Shown piece after piece: positions 42,367-55,991 of a stretch of DNA of 64,000 bases (within the stretch, counting starts at the first letter, position 1; each line of letters begins with the position of its first letter). A program made the translations under genes and the position numbers. Source of the stretch: Octopus vulgaris (lineage: Eukaryota). Under the pieces are notes generated by a model, which was not told the origin of the DNA, did not search any database, and was given only the letters and a program-made list of their open reading frames with translations. The DNA lies in NCBI GenBank assembly GCA_951406725.2, contig OX597829.1:38378001-38442000 (forward strand). The letters are read 5' to 3'.

Positions 42367-42452
<86 letters not shown>

Positions 42453-42462
42453 GATGATGATA

Positions 42463-42521
<59 letters not shown>

Positions 42522-42562
42522 AATGATGGTAATAATAACGATGATGATGATTATTATTTTTA

Positions 42563-42745
42563 ATTTTGGCGCAAGGCCAGCAATTTCAGGGGAGGGTGTA
42601 GGTCGAATACATTAACTTCAGTATTTGACTGTTACTTATTATATCGGTTACAAAAGAATGAAAAGCAAAGTCGACCTCGGCAGCATTTGAACTCAGAACG
42701 TAAAAGCGGGCGAAAAACCAGTAAGCACTTTGTCTGATTCAACCA
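42563..42745 (-). mobile_element. SINE family D
   Basis: gcaaagtcgacctcggcagcatttgaactcagaacgtaaa. Confidence 0.8.
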
Positions 42746-42754
42746 GTTATAACG

Positions 42755-42985
42755 GATGGAGATGGATGGCATCTGTCCGTCTCGAGAGATGATGGTGTAG
42801 CTCGGAAAAGATGGTGGGTTTATCTGCACTTCCTGGTGTGGCTGTGCAGACCAATCATCGAGTGGCAGTCTCTGCCACATCTGGTGCAAGTGAAAGGGGA
42901 TGAGAGCTGTGGTTGCTGCTGCTGCTCCTTTCATCTGGTTCTCTTTAGTTTGGCAGTAGTGGTCCTCAGTTATAACGAAGGACTG
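42755..42985 (-). mobile_element. RTE LINE 3' end (zinc knuckle + 3' UTR)
   Basis: PFTCTRCGRDCHSMIGLHSHTRKCR*, then ...ctcgagacggacagatgcca and a (TCCA)-like tail. Confidence 0.85.
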
Positions 42986-43099
42986 AAATAAAAGCAGTAG
43001 TGATAAAACGATAAGAGAATAGAAGAAATCAGTTGCTACACAAAATTTTGTTTCAAAATAATTAGAAAGTATTGTTAAAAGTAGAAAAAAGTAGAAAGT

Positions 43100-44300
43100 T
43101 TTAGAGTGATATAAGGAACATAGAAAGATATCCACAAGGAGGAGGTGGTGTGAACAGAAGAAATAAATAATGAACTAAGAAGAGTAACAGAATAGGGTGA
43201 CGTAGTAATCACTCCGAAGTCCATAGTAAAACAGGCTTCCAAAGGAGCTAATTAGAAAGTCCCGAAAGAAGATGGACAACAAGGTTTCTTGGTTGAAGAA
43301 CAAAAAAATAAATGGATGACTAGGAGAAAAACAACCCTTAATAAGAAATATAAGCAGAAAAGTGCGGAGGTCTCAAACTACGGACCGGTAACTCGCTTGC
43401 TACTAATATGAAAACTGTTCGCAAATGAGATCTATGTACACTTGTAAAAAGAAGCGAAACGAATAGAAAGAGAGGTCTGATAAATTCAAGAGGGACTAAA
43501 GACCAACTATTAATTGTCAAAATTATAAGAATCTGTAAAACAAGACGGAATGGTTTAGCAATGGGGTGGATCGACTATAAAAAAATGGTATATGATAGGG
43601 TTCCTCACTCTTACATTTTAAAGATACTCAATATGCTTAAAATTGCAAATAATATCACTAAACTGATACGAATAAGTATCGAAATTGGGAACTGGAGCTT
43701 ACAGCCTGATGACACTCACTTAGAAAAGTCAAAATAGATCGATATATCTGTGAAGGTGATAGGATACCATTTTTACTCTTATCTTACCCTGCTAAAATTA
43801 AGAAATGTAATTTCTGGATATAGCCTTGGGAAAAGATAGAGTATAGTTAACCAGGTATTATTCAAGGACGACCCTAAATAATAGGGAAAAGCTTAAAGGT
43901 AATTGGTTGCTTTTGCTAATATTTAGAGAAAGTTTATCAATGACATCAGAATGGAATTTGGTATTTCCAAGTGTGCAGCTCTTGTGATGAAGAAGGGGAA
44001 TAACATAAAAATGATGGAATATATTCACTGAATGAAAATAAGGTACGGAAGATGGATACAGATGATGGAAATATATATCTAGGAATCTTGAAATTTGATG
44101 GTGTAAATATAAGGCAGGAAAGAATATTTACAAAGAGCAAGGAGAATGCTCAATGGTATAAATACCATTGCTACTATAATTTCAAGATCTCTTTTCGTTA
44201 TCAAATACAGCGTCGGAATAATCAAATGGACAAAGGAAATTCTTGAGAACGTAGAGACAAGGACAACGAAAAGGCCAAAAATCTTCAGTGCCTTCTCGTA
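43100..44300 (+). mobile_element. Highly decayed R4/Dong RT fragment
   Basis: GTKDQLLI, LAMGWIDYKK, YDRVPHS, MEFGISKCA, YLGI, INTIA motifs across frames. Confidence 0.75.
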
Positions 44301-44633
44301 ACTCCTGTCGCTACCCTACTGTTGCATAATTAATGTACAACTATTTAGCTACGTCAATTTCCCCACATTCACCCATGTTTCTCTTCAGGTGATACTGGAA
44401 GGATTTGAAAACGGCTTGAGCTGTAAGGAAAAGCTCTAGTTGAAAATCTTCCAGCTGCGTTCACTTCACAGATACATTTCCGATGGCGAGCCAGCAGAGA
44501 AAGGAATCTCGATCTTCTTTGCCAGATGAAAGAGATGGATCAATCTTTTCCTCAGTAAAACTGAATGAAATTTACAGTTTATTTTTAACTTTATACAAAA
44601 TTACCACAATAATGCTAAAAATGCTGTATAAGA

Positions 44634-45060
44634 ATCTCTATATATATAAACGGCCAAATGTCTGTCTGTGTGTGTGTCCCTTATACAAATCCACAATTTT
44701 TCAGTTAGAGGTCTCACACTTTTTATGGTCATTTAAAACCGTCCAAGGGTGGTCGTGCACATCTTTACATTTTCCTAGTTATTCCGCAAAGCCATTAAAA
44801 GATCAATAGAAGTGACTTTTGTGTGAATTTTCTATCCAAAACCCAATCAAAATGCCCGAAACTTGATACACCAATTGAATGCCAGCTAGTTGTATGTGAT
44901 TGGTCTGAGATTTGGACAGTACTCGCGTGTATGTACGCACGCACGCAGCTGTATATGCATGCACTAGCACTAGTGCTAGTTAAAAATAATGCTTGTTATT
45001 TCATTCAAAAAAAGGCGCAGAAATTAAAGCTTAGCAAATATATCCGACCCAGACTCTGAA
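44634..45060 (+). mobile_element. Probable non-autonomous Helitron-like 5' portion
   Basis: A|TCTCTATATATATAAA start followed by ctgtctgtgtgtgtgtcc; no 3' CTAG hairpin found. Confidence 0.35.
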
Positions 45061-45248
45061 AACATCTATATCATTGAATTCTTCATTTTTTCCTGCACTG
45101 CTGCCGTGTATCTGAGCTACATATGTGTATGCATCCATTGTACCAACTTTATTTTGTGTTGTTTCGGATAAACAATAGTCTTGTCGCATTTATCATAATA
45201 ATAATAATAATAATGATAATAAAAATAATGATAATGATGATGATGATA

Positions 45249-45307
<59 letters not shown>

Positions 45308-45324
45308 AATGATGGTAATAATAA

Positions 45325-45568
45325 CGATGATGATGATTATTATTTTTAATTTTGGCGCAAGGCCAGCAATTTCAGGGGAGGATGTAGGTCGAATACATTA
45401 ACTTCAGTATTTGACTGTTACTTATTATATCGGTTACAAAAGAATGAAAAGCAAAGTCGACCTCGGCAGCATTTGAACTCAGAACGTAAAAGCGGGCGAA
45501 AAACCAGTAAGCACTTTGTCTGATTCAACCAGTTATAACGGATGGAGATGGATGGCATCCGTCCGTCT
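45325..45568 (+). repeat. Local duplicate of 42540-42782
   Basis: About 245 bp near-identical (two substitutions seen), including the SINE D and the RTE tail. Confidence 0.9.
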
Positions 45569-45599
45569 TGTGGATATCTTTCTATGTTCCTTATATTTA

Positions 45600-46200
45600 T
45601 CATATCCTTTCCAAGCCATATTTTACTGAGAGAACAGCTCCAAGAATTAAAAGTTGCATATTAATTTTGTTTTGATAATATTCATGCTTCTGAATAATCT
45701 TTTTAGCATTTGAATTATGTAATATTATGAGATTAAGAAGAAATGCTGCAATATCTCTACAGGAACTTCCCCAGCAGCATCTTTGTGATAAAAAATTTCT
45801 ATCCAAATTCTTTTAACATTAGTAGTCTTGGTCCTTTTAAGCAAATGGATACTGCTATACTGTAATTCACCATTTTCTATATCATTATCATTTAAATTTA
45901 TTGATCCCCAAAGAGGAAGAATTAATTGGCTCATTTACATGACGCAAAATATTTTCCATAGAAAAGCATTTAGCGTTCTTGGATATGTTAAAATTTTCTG
46001 GTAATTGTTAGTTCAGTTATTTATAAAGGTAGGGATATTTTCGTAATATTTTACCTTAAACAGCTGTCACCTTTTTTAGTGCCATTTTGCTACTTTTCTT
46101 TCAAATATGCAGCCAAGATCAGGGTTATGATCTAAATATTCTAAGGATTTGTTTTATTACTCCAAATATTTAATGATTCTTTATTATTAATAACAAAACA
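45600..46200 (-). mobile_element. Decayed hAT transposase C-terminal (dimerisation) region
   Basis: WIEIFYHKDAAGE / CRDIAAFLLNLIILHNSNA ... LGAVLSVKYGL (cf. FW..KDAAG..LPHSNA..RYGL). Confidence 0.6.
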
Positions 46201-46439
46201 GTTGTGTGTCTGTTTAGAGAATGAGAAAAATGTTAAGTTACTACATTCAAAAATTTGTAGTTTTTATGGAATTATTCTGCATTAAATCGCAAAGAATCAC
46301 ACACACACATACACACACACATACACACACACACGCACGCACACACACACACACACACACATTCGCAAGTAAGAATGGGACATAACATTGACATTGTTTA
46401 TTCAAGTAACCAAAAGATATTTTAAAAAATATTTTGCCT

Positions 46440-46652
46440 TTTAATTGTTTCAGGCATTGGACTGCGACCATGCTGGAGTACCACCTTGAAGGGTTTGGTC
46501 AAATAAAGAGACATCAGTACATATTTTTAAGTTTGGTACTTATTCAATGTATTTGCCAAGCGCTAGGGGAACAAACACAAAGTACAAGAACATACATACA
46601 TACATACATACATACATACATACATACATACATACATACATACATACATACA

Positions 46653-46688
<36 letters not shown>

Positions 46689-46810
46689 CGACATAGGTTC
46701 CGTCCACCAAATTCACTCACAAACCATTAGTCGGTCAGGCACTTTAATAGAAGACGTTTATCCAAGGTGCGGTGCTGTGGGACTGAACCCGAAGTTATGT
46801 GATTGCAAAA
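46440..46810 (-). mobile_element. Decayed SINE family A with expanded (CATA)n
   Basis: gactgcgaccatgctggag...ccaaattcactcaca...gggactgaaccc. Confidence 0.75.
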
Positions 46811-47378
46811 TGTGTTTTCAAGATATTTACAATGCTACTTACATCACACTTTTCTAAAAGCAGCACAACTTCCTTGCAATTACTATATATCATTATGTAC
46901 TAAAAGCATTCTCAGAACCATTCATGATGTAGAAGACTGAACTACCCAGTTCTAACATCAAAATTCAATTCTTCACCAAATTGTGGAGTAGGCTTATTCT
47001 TTAGAATATTTGTACAATTTGTATGACAAAATCTTGCATATGCTACTAGTATCATACGTTTATACAAATCTATCAAATAAGCATAGGTGTTAAATGAAGA
47101 ATGGTAGCACATATACATTGCTAAGTTTGGCTTGAAGCAATTTAGTTTCAGTATATCTTGTTTTAGAAAGCGGCAGCAGAAACAATTGCCTAGCGTGGAA
47201 ATGCGCAGAATGTGCGAACCGCAATAGTGTAATCACTTTATATATGCATATTTGCTGCTGTCAAAACTATGACGCATTTAAAAAATTGCTTTCTTTTGTA
47301 ATACACTGCCTTTGCTTGAATAAAAGTTTTAAATAATGAAGAATTTAGTAAAATAGCTATCGTTAGTAGGTTGGTGTT

Positions 47379-47833
47379 AAGGCGGCGAGTAGGTAGAATC
47401 GTTAGCCCGTTTTAGACAAAATGCTTAGCAGCATTTCGTCCGTCTAATACGTTCCCAGTTCAAATTCAGCCGAGAACGACTTTACCGGTCATCCTTTCGG
47501 GGTCGATGAAATAAGTGCCAGTTAAGAACTGGAGTCAATATAATCGACTAGCCCCCTCCCATTAAAATTTCAGGTTCTGTGCCAATAGTAGGAAGGATTA
47601 TTATTATTATTATTAAAGTAATGAGATTGCAGAATTGTTACCGGACAAAATGCACTACTTTCAGTTCTTTACGTTCTGAGTTCAACTGCCGGCGAGGTCA
47701 GGTTCAACTTTCATCTTTTCTAGACCGATGAAATATAGTTCTGTCAAGCAGTTGAGCACTGAGGTGTATGTAATCGACTATCCACCTGCCCCAAAATTTC
47801 ATGCCGTGTACCTATAGGAGAAAGAATTATAAA
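47379..47833 (+). mobile_element. Head-to-tail SINE D dimer bounded by a 9-bp repeat
   Basis: Copies at 47381-47600 and 47617-47830; GTTGGTGTT at 47370-47378 and 47834-47842. Confidence 0.75.
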
Positions 47834-48865
47834 GTTGGTGTTTGCAACATAAATTACCATAAAATTTTGATGGAAGATTTAGATCACTTTAAAATTTATA
47901 GAAGCGGGAGCAGTATCAGGTGGGGTTGTTATCGATAGAGTTAAGGAGGGGGACGAATATTTTGGATATCACAAAGAGCGGCCAGAAACCACGCTTCGCC
48001 ACTGAACAGAAAATGCTTTAAACAGAACTGATATTTTAGGGTTTTTTGTTTGGCAACGACTTTTTAATATGGAATATTTTGTTAAGATGTCGTTACATCA
48101 ATATAATTTTCCGTGCGCTTTAGATGCATCAGCAGGGACTTCGCGCAGCTATTCGATAAATACTGGCATAACATACTATTCCTTTTGGAAACTTTGTTGA
48201 TATATTTTTATAGTTTCTTAAATCATTAGTAGGACAGATAAAAGCGGGATGGAACAAATTTAAATAGAGAGTAAGAAATGCATTGAAAGCTCAGAACTTC
48301 AAACACCTTACGAGGTAAATTACTACACAGCCTACTAAAAAAAATTTTCGTCAAATTGCGTCAACTGGTAATTGCCGAATGTCAATACACAATTTCTTGC
48401 TTACTACATATCTATCTATCTACCTGTCTGCCTATCTATCGATCGCTCGATCTCTATCTGTCTGTGTGTATGTATATACATATAAATATATGTGTATATG
48501 TATATTATATTTGTATCGAGTTGTCTTAATGTCACTGTCTCGTTGCACTCTGTTAAACTAAATTGTGGAAATAGTCAATTTTATAAAATCCAAAGCTCTA
48601 AAACCTCTTCTCTTCGTGATGCCTCATCAGGCGGTGGAATAGCTCTATAAGTGCTTTGATCCCCTTCCACCGCGGCACCAGAGCTTTCTGTAGCCATCCA
48701 CCGATTTAGACAATAAAACTCCTGCACAACAGCACGAGTTTTGTTGAGTTTGCTGTTCTAACTCTGAGTCAGATACTCCAATCATTCTCAATCCTCTTTT
48801 TTGACTACTCGTCCACTTTTGGGGGTGAGATATAATAGCTTTCTTTCGCAGCGGTTTTCAACATA

Positions 48866-49280
48866 GGCGTAGGAGTGGCTTTGTGGTAAGTAGCTTACTT
48901 ACAAACCACATGGTTCCGGGTTCGTCCCACTGTGTGGCACCTTGGGCAAGTGTCTTCTACTATAGCCTCGGGCTGACCAAAGCCTTGTGAGTGGATTTGA
49001 AAGACGGAAACTGAAGGAAGAACGTCGTATATATGTATATATATGGTGTGTGTGTATGTGTGTGTGTATGTGTGTATGTGTGTGTGTGTGTGTGTTTGTG
49101 TGTCTGTGTTTGTCCCCCCCACCGCAACATCACTTGACAACCGTAACTTAGCGGTTCAGAAAAAGCGACCGATAGAATAAATACTAGACCTACAAAGAAT
49201 AAGTCCTGGGGTCGATTTGCTCGACTAAAGGCGGTGCTCCAGAATGGCCACAGTCAAATGACTGAAACAAGTAAAAGAGT
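48866..49280 (+). mobile_element. Full-length SINE family A
   Basis: ggcgtaggagtggctttgtggtaag...gactgaaacaagtaaaagag. Confidence 0.92.
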
Positions 49281-49529
49281 AACAATTTTTTTTTGGCATC
49301 TTTTCTCTTCTTTGTAGCTAATCCAAGACTCTCGCGCATCGAGTGAATCCTGGGTCCAACAAATCCTTTGAAAAGCTACCTCTACAAGAAAACAAATATA
49401 AGTATTACAGACACTATTATGTGAGCATTTTACTTAGCTGTTATCCTTACTTTTTCCTTTTTTTTTTCTTTTTCTTTTTCTTTCCATCAATAATCTTCAA
49501 TGGCTAGTTATGCCGCTATTTGTGTATTC

Positions 49530-49866
49530 TCACGATAACACTAATCTCACTACTGCAGAACAAGATCAACTGATTGACACATTTTGCGTCATCTCATTCA
49601 TTGGAATCAAAATTTGCAGAACTATCGATTGACGCCTTCTGGACATCGATAGAAAAGGAATATTCAGAGATGGCAGAAAATAGTTTAAATACCTAACTAA
49701 CCTTTCCTACATCATATTTATGCGCGTTGGCGTTTTCGTCGTTAACGAACATCAAAACGAAGCGACATCACTTATTATTGATGGAAGTTAAACTGCGCAT
49801 TACTTTATCAAATATTCCACAACAGCTAACTAAATAAAACTACATCGAAATCAGCTGTCTCATTAG
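49530..49866 (+). mobile_element. hAT (Charlie/Buster/ZBED5-like) transposase C-terminal remnant
   Basis: LESKFAELSIDAFWTSIEKEYSEMAENSLNT*LTFPTSYLCALAFSSLTNIKTKR..LRITLSNI. Confidence 0.82.
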
Positions 49867-50219
49867 TTTAGTTACATTCATTTAATTTGTGTCTCTTATA
49901 CTTGTTTTGCTTATTTACAGTAGAAAACTTTACACATATTTCTATTTGAAAACGACCTCTTACGACTTACGAGTGAGTTAGTTATCAGCGGATATATCTC
50001 AAAATGTTTGATATATTCTTTAACAACTTTACTTGTTTCAGTCATTGGACTACTTGTTTGAAATCTGATACTTATTGTATCGCTTTCATTTGCCGAACCA
50101 CTAGGTTATTGGGATATAAACAAATCAACACACGTTGGGAGGAACAACTATAAATGCAGACATGCACACTTACAGACATACACACACAAACAGATGTATA
50201 TATACATATATATAGCATG

Positions 50220-50450
<231 letters not shown>

Positions 50451-50454
50451 TGTG

Positions 50455-51825
50455 TATTTTTCCCTTGTTTACAATTAACACGGAAAAAATAGATAGTTAC
50501 CAGGGTAGCAAAAATCACACAAGTAAAATGGGCGTAACTCTTTGTTTTTAAAGGTAGAAACTCCGGGTTTACGTGAAATATTTTGTATAATATGTAAAAA
50601 TATATAAATGGAGTTAAACGCAGGTGTTATTCAAATTCTTTTACTTCTGACACATGTTTTGAAGACATCATTGGTATTATTCCGAAGTAATAAATTGGTG
50701 TAAAACAATGTAATCTTCTCTTTAGGGAAATGAAGAAATAAAACTCATCAATAAGACATTTTAACAGAATTTGATAGAAATGTAAAGTGATGAACTGAAC
50801 GCAATTAAGGTTTTTTAATAAAAACGTTAGAGGATATAACGTCAAAGGTAGCCTATAGAAAGAGGAGGGGTAAAGAAAAAAACCCCCAAATAAATGAGAA
50901 GTATATAACGATATGTAAATTAAATAAAACCCTAAAGTCTTGGAAAAAGATATATCTAGTGAATGTGAAATGTAAGAAGAAAATTATATATAATGATAGA
51001 TATCACTTATATGAACTAAAGGTGTGTTTCTGCCAATGTTTACATAGGTATACATGCTCTATAACCGTGTTTACAAAGGGATTTTTAGAAAAAAAATAAT
51101 AATAAATAATTCAGAATTACAGAGAAGACAGAATTCCTTGCCCTTATTATAAGGGATTGAAAATGAGAGACTCAACCAATATAAATTAAATTGTTTATTA
51201 TGGTCTTTTAGATACCAAATTAATTTACTAAGTCCTGTACTATTACGTTTATTTCTATCTGTAAATGTAGAGTAATGATTAGAAATTCTTTTAGATAACT
51301 GAGAAGAGGAACCGCCTATATAAAAAAAGACATCGGTACCTGAAATAATTTTATATTGGTATATAGGGTTTCTAATTTTAGAGTTACTTGACATAAACTT
51401 GATTCTCTTGTAATTGACTTCAGATACAATAACCTTGCTATTAATATTTCTAGGGGGATGGATGGTATTAGATAAATTAATGTTAGTATTAGTAACTGTA
51501 TCCCTATTTAACAGGCTAATATTATGTGAGGAGATAATTTGTAAGAGATTTTTTGTGTTGGAAAAACCAATCCTAATTGTGTGTGAATTGATAATAGAGT
51601 AATATATAGAATTCTTTGGAAAATTCCTAATAATAACTTCCGAAACTTCAAAGGAAGATCAGATTTAATTTGCCTCCCATAAGGAATAATAGTTTTACTA
51701 TTAGATGCTTTATTTTTGGTGTAACTATCTTTGAAAGACATCGATTTACTTTTAGAATGAAAAAGTGGGGTTAAATAAGGGCTAGTGTTCACCACTATTT
51801 TAAATAGTGGAGAACAATGTACTGA
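50455..51825 (-). mobile_element. Penelope-like (Naiad-type) element 3' part: thumb/linker, GIY-YIG endonuclease, 3' region with decayed hammerhead (50644-50730)
   Basis: IIPYG..FRKLL..INSHTIRIGFSNTKNLLQIISSHN; IYQY..FYIG..KRISNHYSTF..STGLSKLIWYLKD..CLLCNSE..CKH; two frameshifts. Confidence 0.85.
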
Positions 51826-51829
51826 AGAT

Positions 51830-52955
51830 TAGAAACCAAATGGAGAAGAAGCTAGAAAGTTCTGGAGTAATATTTGGGATAAATCAGTCAATCATAATGG
51901 AGATGCAGTATTGTTAAAGTAAGTGAGGGAAGAAATAGTGAGTGAGAAGCAGCCAGATCTAAGACTAATTAGCACATTAATGAGTAAAGTGTTAGGAAAA
52001 ATTCTGAATTGGAAAGGCACAGGACCAGATTTAGTTCAAGGGTACTGGCTAAAGAAATTTAGTAGTTTACATGATAGGATTAGGGAACAACTTCAGGATT
52101 GCTTTAATAGAGGAATAATACCTAATTGGATGACTGAAGGGAGGACAATACTCTTTAGGAAAGATAAGAGCAAGGGTAACACAGCTAGCAACTATTGACC
52201 AATCACTTGCTTACTCTTAGTGTGGAAACTGTTAATAGGAAAGCTTTCAGAAAACATTTCCGAGCACTTTGATAACCAGAATTTGTTGCCAGAAGAACAG
52301 AAAGGTTGCAGAAAGAAGGCTAGAGGAACGCATGATCTATTATACATAGACAAAGCAGTTCTAAACGAAGTAAAAGCTATAAAGAAAAATCTAAATAGAT
52401 TATAGGAAAGCCTATGACATGATTCCACACTTATGGATAAGTGAATGTTTGAGTATATTCAGTATAGCAGACAAGATAAGAGAATTTATTAACTGTAGCA
52501 TGAAGAAATGGAAAGTAGATTTCTACTCAGGTGACACACTCTTAGGGAAAGTTAATATCAAATGAGGAATTTTCCAAGGGGACTTGTTGTCCCCTTTAAT
52601 ATTTGTCTTATGTTTGATTCCCCTCAATGTGATATTAATGAAGACTGTAAGACTCTTCAGCAAAGATATAGACATGGAATTATAGACACTAATAAATGTG
52701 CAATATTAGTCATGAGCAGGGGACAGGTAGTCAACAGTGAAGGCATCAAATTACCAGATGGCCGGACATTAAAATCATTGAAAGGAGGAGAGAGTAATAA
52801 GTATCTAGGAGTATCAGAATCAGAGTACTAACTACAGAAATGAAAACGAAAATTGAGGAGTACATCAGAAGGGAGAAGAAGCTAATGAAGTCAAAGCTAA
52901 AAGGTCTGAATCTAGTGAAGGCTGTAAATACTTGGGTAGTATCATCACTTAGAGG
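51830..52955 (+). mobile_element. R4/Dong-clade RT fragment
   Basis: NWKGTGPDLVQGYWLKK, WMTEGRTIL, NY*PITCL, LPEEQKGCR, GIFQGD, KYLGV, AVNTW. Confidence 0.9.
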
Positions 52956-53239
52956 AGTCGTATGTTTTCATTTCATTATCTGATTTCATTGTTAAAAGTT
53001 TCGATGGAATGCGACGGTCCCAGGAAAAGAAAACACAGAATAACGTCGGAAAGTTCTGTTTGTATTAGCGATATAGTTGAACAGCTCGTGTGGTTGTGTG
53101 TTGATATTTGTGTATGTGTGTGTTTGTGTGTGTCCCCACAAAACTGTCCAGTTATGCGTGTGTGCGTGTGCGTGTATACATACATACATGCATATACATA
53201 CACACATATATAGAGGGAGATACATATTATATATACGCA

Positions 53240-53290
<51 letters not shown>

Positions 53291-53716
53291 GTATATATAT
53301 CGGGAGTGAGTGGATGTTGCCTCAAAGAATATATCAGTAAACTTGTAAATTTGTGGTTAAATTAAAATTATTGGTTACCATAGGACGTTTTCACAAGAAC
53401 TATTATCCTATTTATAAACATTAAGAATCTCCTTTTCGTTCGATTGCTAAACTAGTAACGTTCTTGGAAAATAATGGGGAAGGTAAAATACATATTCTGT
53501 GAATTTCCTCCAGATTGATTCTTTTTGTCTTTAATGAAATGACTCTCTTCATAAAATGTTTAATTAATAAGTCATAAGTTATATCATGCTGATGATTTCT
53601 AAAAAAGATTGATATATTACTATACACCATTACCACCGACAGGTAATTTTAAGAACACACATACACACACACGCCCAAAAATTGATTTGTAAATTCTATG
53701 AATCATTTTCTGCATA

Positions 53717-53955
53717 TGTATCTAGGAGTATAAGAATTAACAGAGCATTAACTACAGAAATGAAAACGAAAATTGAGAAGGAGTACATCAGAAGGGAAAG
53801 GAAGCTAATGAAATCAAAGCTAAATGGTTCGAATCTAGTGAAGGCTGTAAATACTTGGGCAGTATCATTACTTAGAGAAGTGGTCTATTTTCATTTCATT
53901 ATCTGATTCATTGTTATAAGTTTCGATGGAATGCAACGGTCCCAGGAAAAGAAAA
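53717..53955 (+). repeat. Diverged local duplicate of 52800-53035
   Basis: Spans the Dong RT end and the adjacent non-RT sequence. Confidence 0.85.
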
Positions 53956-54518
53956 TTTCTAATCCCACCAGATATTAAGAAAAAATGGTTGTCTCTCGTT
54001 GTAATACCTGCAATTACAAGGGGAAACCTACGTCTCTCTGAAGGTGTGTTAATATTGAAAACAGCTGAATTTGAACATCATTAATTTAATGTATGATCGT
54101 CTACGGTTTTAACTTATCAGTTAGTAATCTTTCCTTACCTGTCAATTACCGTCCATAACTATCCGTGACTGACTGTCGTTTGCAGCTGTCTTCGTGAAAA
54201 TTTAGCTAAAGCAAAGCATGACTGATTTCCACTGAAATTCCATAGTATTTTTGCTGACGTCAGTCAATGAAACTGATGTGTAGTTGCTGAGAGCATTATT
54301 CGTTATTCATTTATCTACATTTTCTTTAGGTCTTCACTCTGTTTGAAATATCCGGTTCATGCTTACGACAACTTTTATCTTAAGATTAAAAAAAGCTCGA
54401 CTTCAAATTGTGGCAGGAAATTGCTGCGCACATATGTGTGCGCACAAACACAGGTATCTGCAATAAAAATATACATTTACATATATTCATAAAGATATAT
54501 AAGAAAATACGCATTTGC

Positions 54519-54561
<43 letters not shown>

Positions 54562-54562
<1 letters not shown>

Positions 54563-55480
54563 TAGCTTAAGGTGACCCGCTCTACGCGCGGGTGACGGTG
54601 TGGTTGTTACTTTCTGCTGCTTCCTTTCTGTTTCTTATCGCCACATTTTCCCTCTTTGTTTCTTTCTCCTTTCTATCTCACTTTCCCACTTTCTTACTCT
54701 TCCTTTCTCTCGGACTCTCCTTCGCTTTCTCTTACTCTCTATTTTTCTCTATCTATCTATCTCCCATTTATAAAAAAAACAAAAGATCTTGAGTAAGTTG
54801 AGAAATAATCGACTTAATACCTATATCTGTCCTTGTTTGTCCCCTCTATGTTTAGCCCCTTGTGGGTAATAAAGAAATAGGTATACCGAAAGAATGTCAA
54901 AAGTAGACTGTGGTGAAAAAGAAACTGGAAAAATCACCGTCAAAATGGAAAAAATCTGATCCCAAACTCCGCCATTATTGAAATTAGTCATTATTCATCT
55001 TGCCTCAATTTAGACATTTTTTAAGAATGGAAATAATCAAATTAGACATTAGTGTGGGGAAAAAATTGATATGGAATCATACAGAGAAAAGAATATTAAT
55101 TGTTAAACACCAAAAATTATCTACATGTTTTATTAGCAACCTCAATTACAATCGGGTCGAAGTTGAAATATTTCTTAAAAGAAAAATACCAGTCACATGA
55201 CCGTGATTCGAAACTTACTCCCAAAAATGATGCAACACTTGCAATATAATAGTTTCAAACAAATAAAAAGAAAATAAGAAGAAATCAGAAATTACTTATT
55301 TTGCCCCACCCCATACAGTAATTTCAGATGTTTGGCAAATTGGAGAAGTACAAAGTGAAGAAAACTATAGACAAAAGAAATAAAGAAAAAGGTTAGATTT
55401 AATGAAAATATTTGAAGATATATTATATATAATTCTAAATAATTCTAAAACCGAAAAAAAATTTTTTAGCTTTTATGAGA
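54562..55480 (-). mobile_element. Probable non-autonomous Helitron
   Basis: Minus-strand 3' end ACCCGC-(7 nt)-GCGGGT hairpin then ...CTAG|T; putative A|TC 5' end at 55480 (uncertain); contains a SINE D tail at 54805-54881. Confidence 0.55.
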
Positions 55481-55650
55481 TGTAATTTTATAACTAAAGC
55501 TAAATTCGAAATTTACATTTTAGAAAGTTTCTTACTTGTTCGTTCATAAAGACCAGTTTTCGCTGTCTCATAGAAAGAATGAAGTTTACTAATGCCAGTA
55601 TTTGTATGTTCTGTTTGACGTTTTTCTCCCTTTTCTTCTCTTTTTTCTAC

Positions 55651-55683
55651 CCCTTGACGAAGGACTGAATCCGAAACGTTGGA
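55651..55683 (+). ncRNA. Decayed minimal hammerhead-like motif
   Basis: CCC-TTGACGA-A-GGA-CTGAA-TCC-GAAAC-GTT-GG; host segment ends in (TA)n at 55928. Confidence 0.45.
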
Positions 55684-55923
55684 TATTCCACTCCACACGA
55701 CAAGTTCACTGTACCTCTTTCACTTTTTTTCCATATTTTTTCAATTCTTGCATTAATATGTATATAAATTTAGTTACACTTTATCACCATAGTTTAGTGG
55801 ATTCTCTCTCATATGTGTATTAACAATATTTACTGAATCTCAGTTTTTTATGCGCTAAACCACTGGTGTTAAATTGATGTTACTAAATTAATATACAATT
55901 TTTCCACCCTCATTTTGACTTTA

Positions 55924-55989
<66 letters not shown>

Positions 55990-55991
<2 letters not shown>

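Noticed and set aside
44372-44560. Exon-like segment with splice signals on both strands
   Set aside because: The frames checked contain stops; no support without RNA data
51010-51400. Selenocysteine recoding reported for some Naiad elements
   Set aside because: Cys positions in all three fragments use normal codons; no in-frame TGA at those sites
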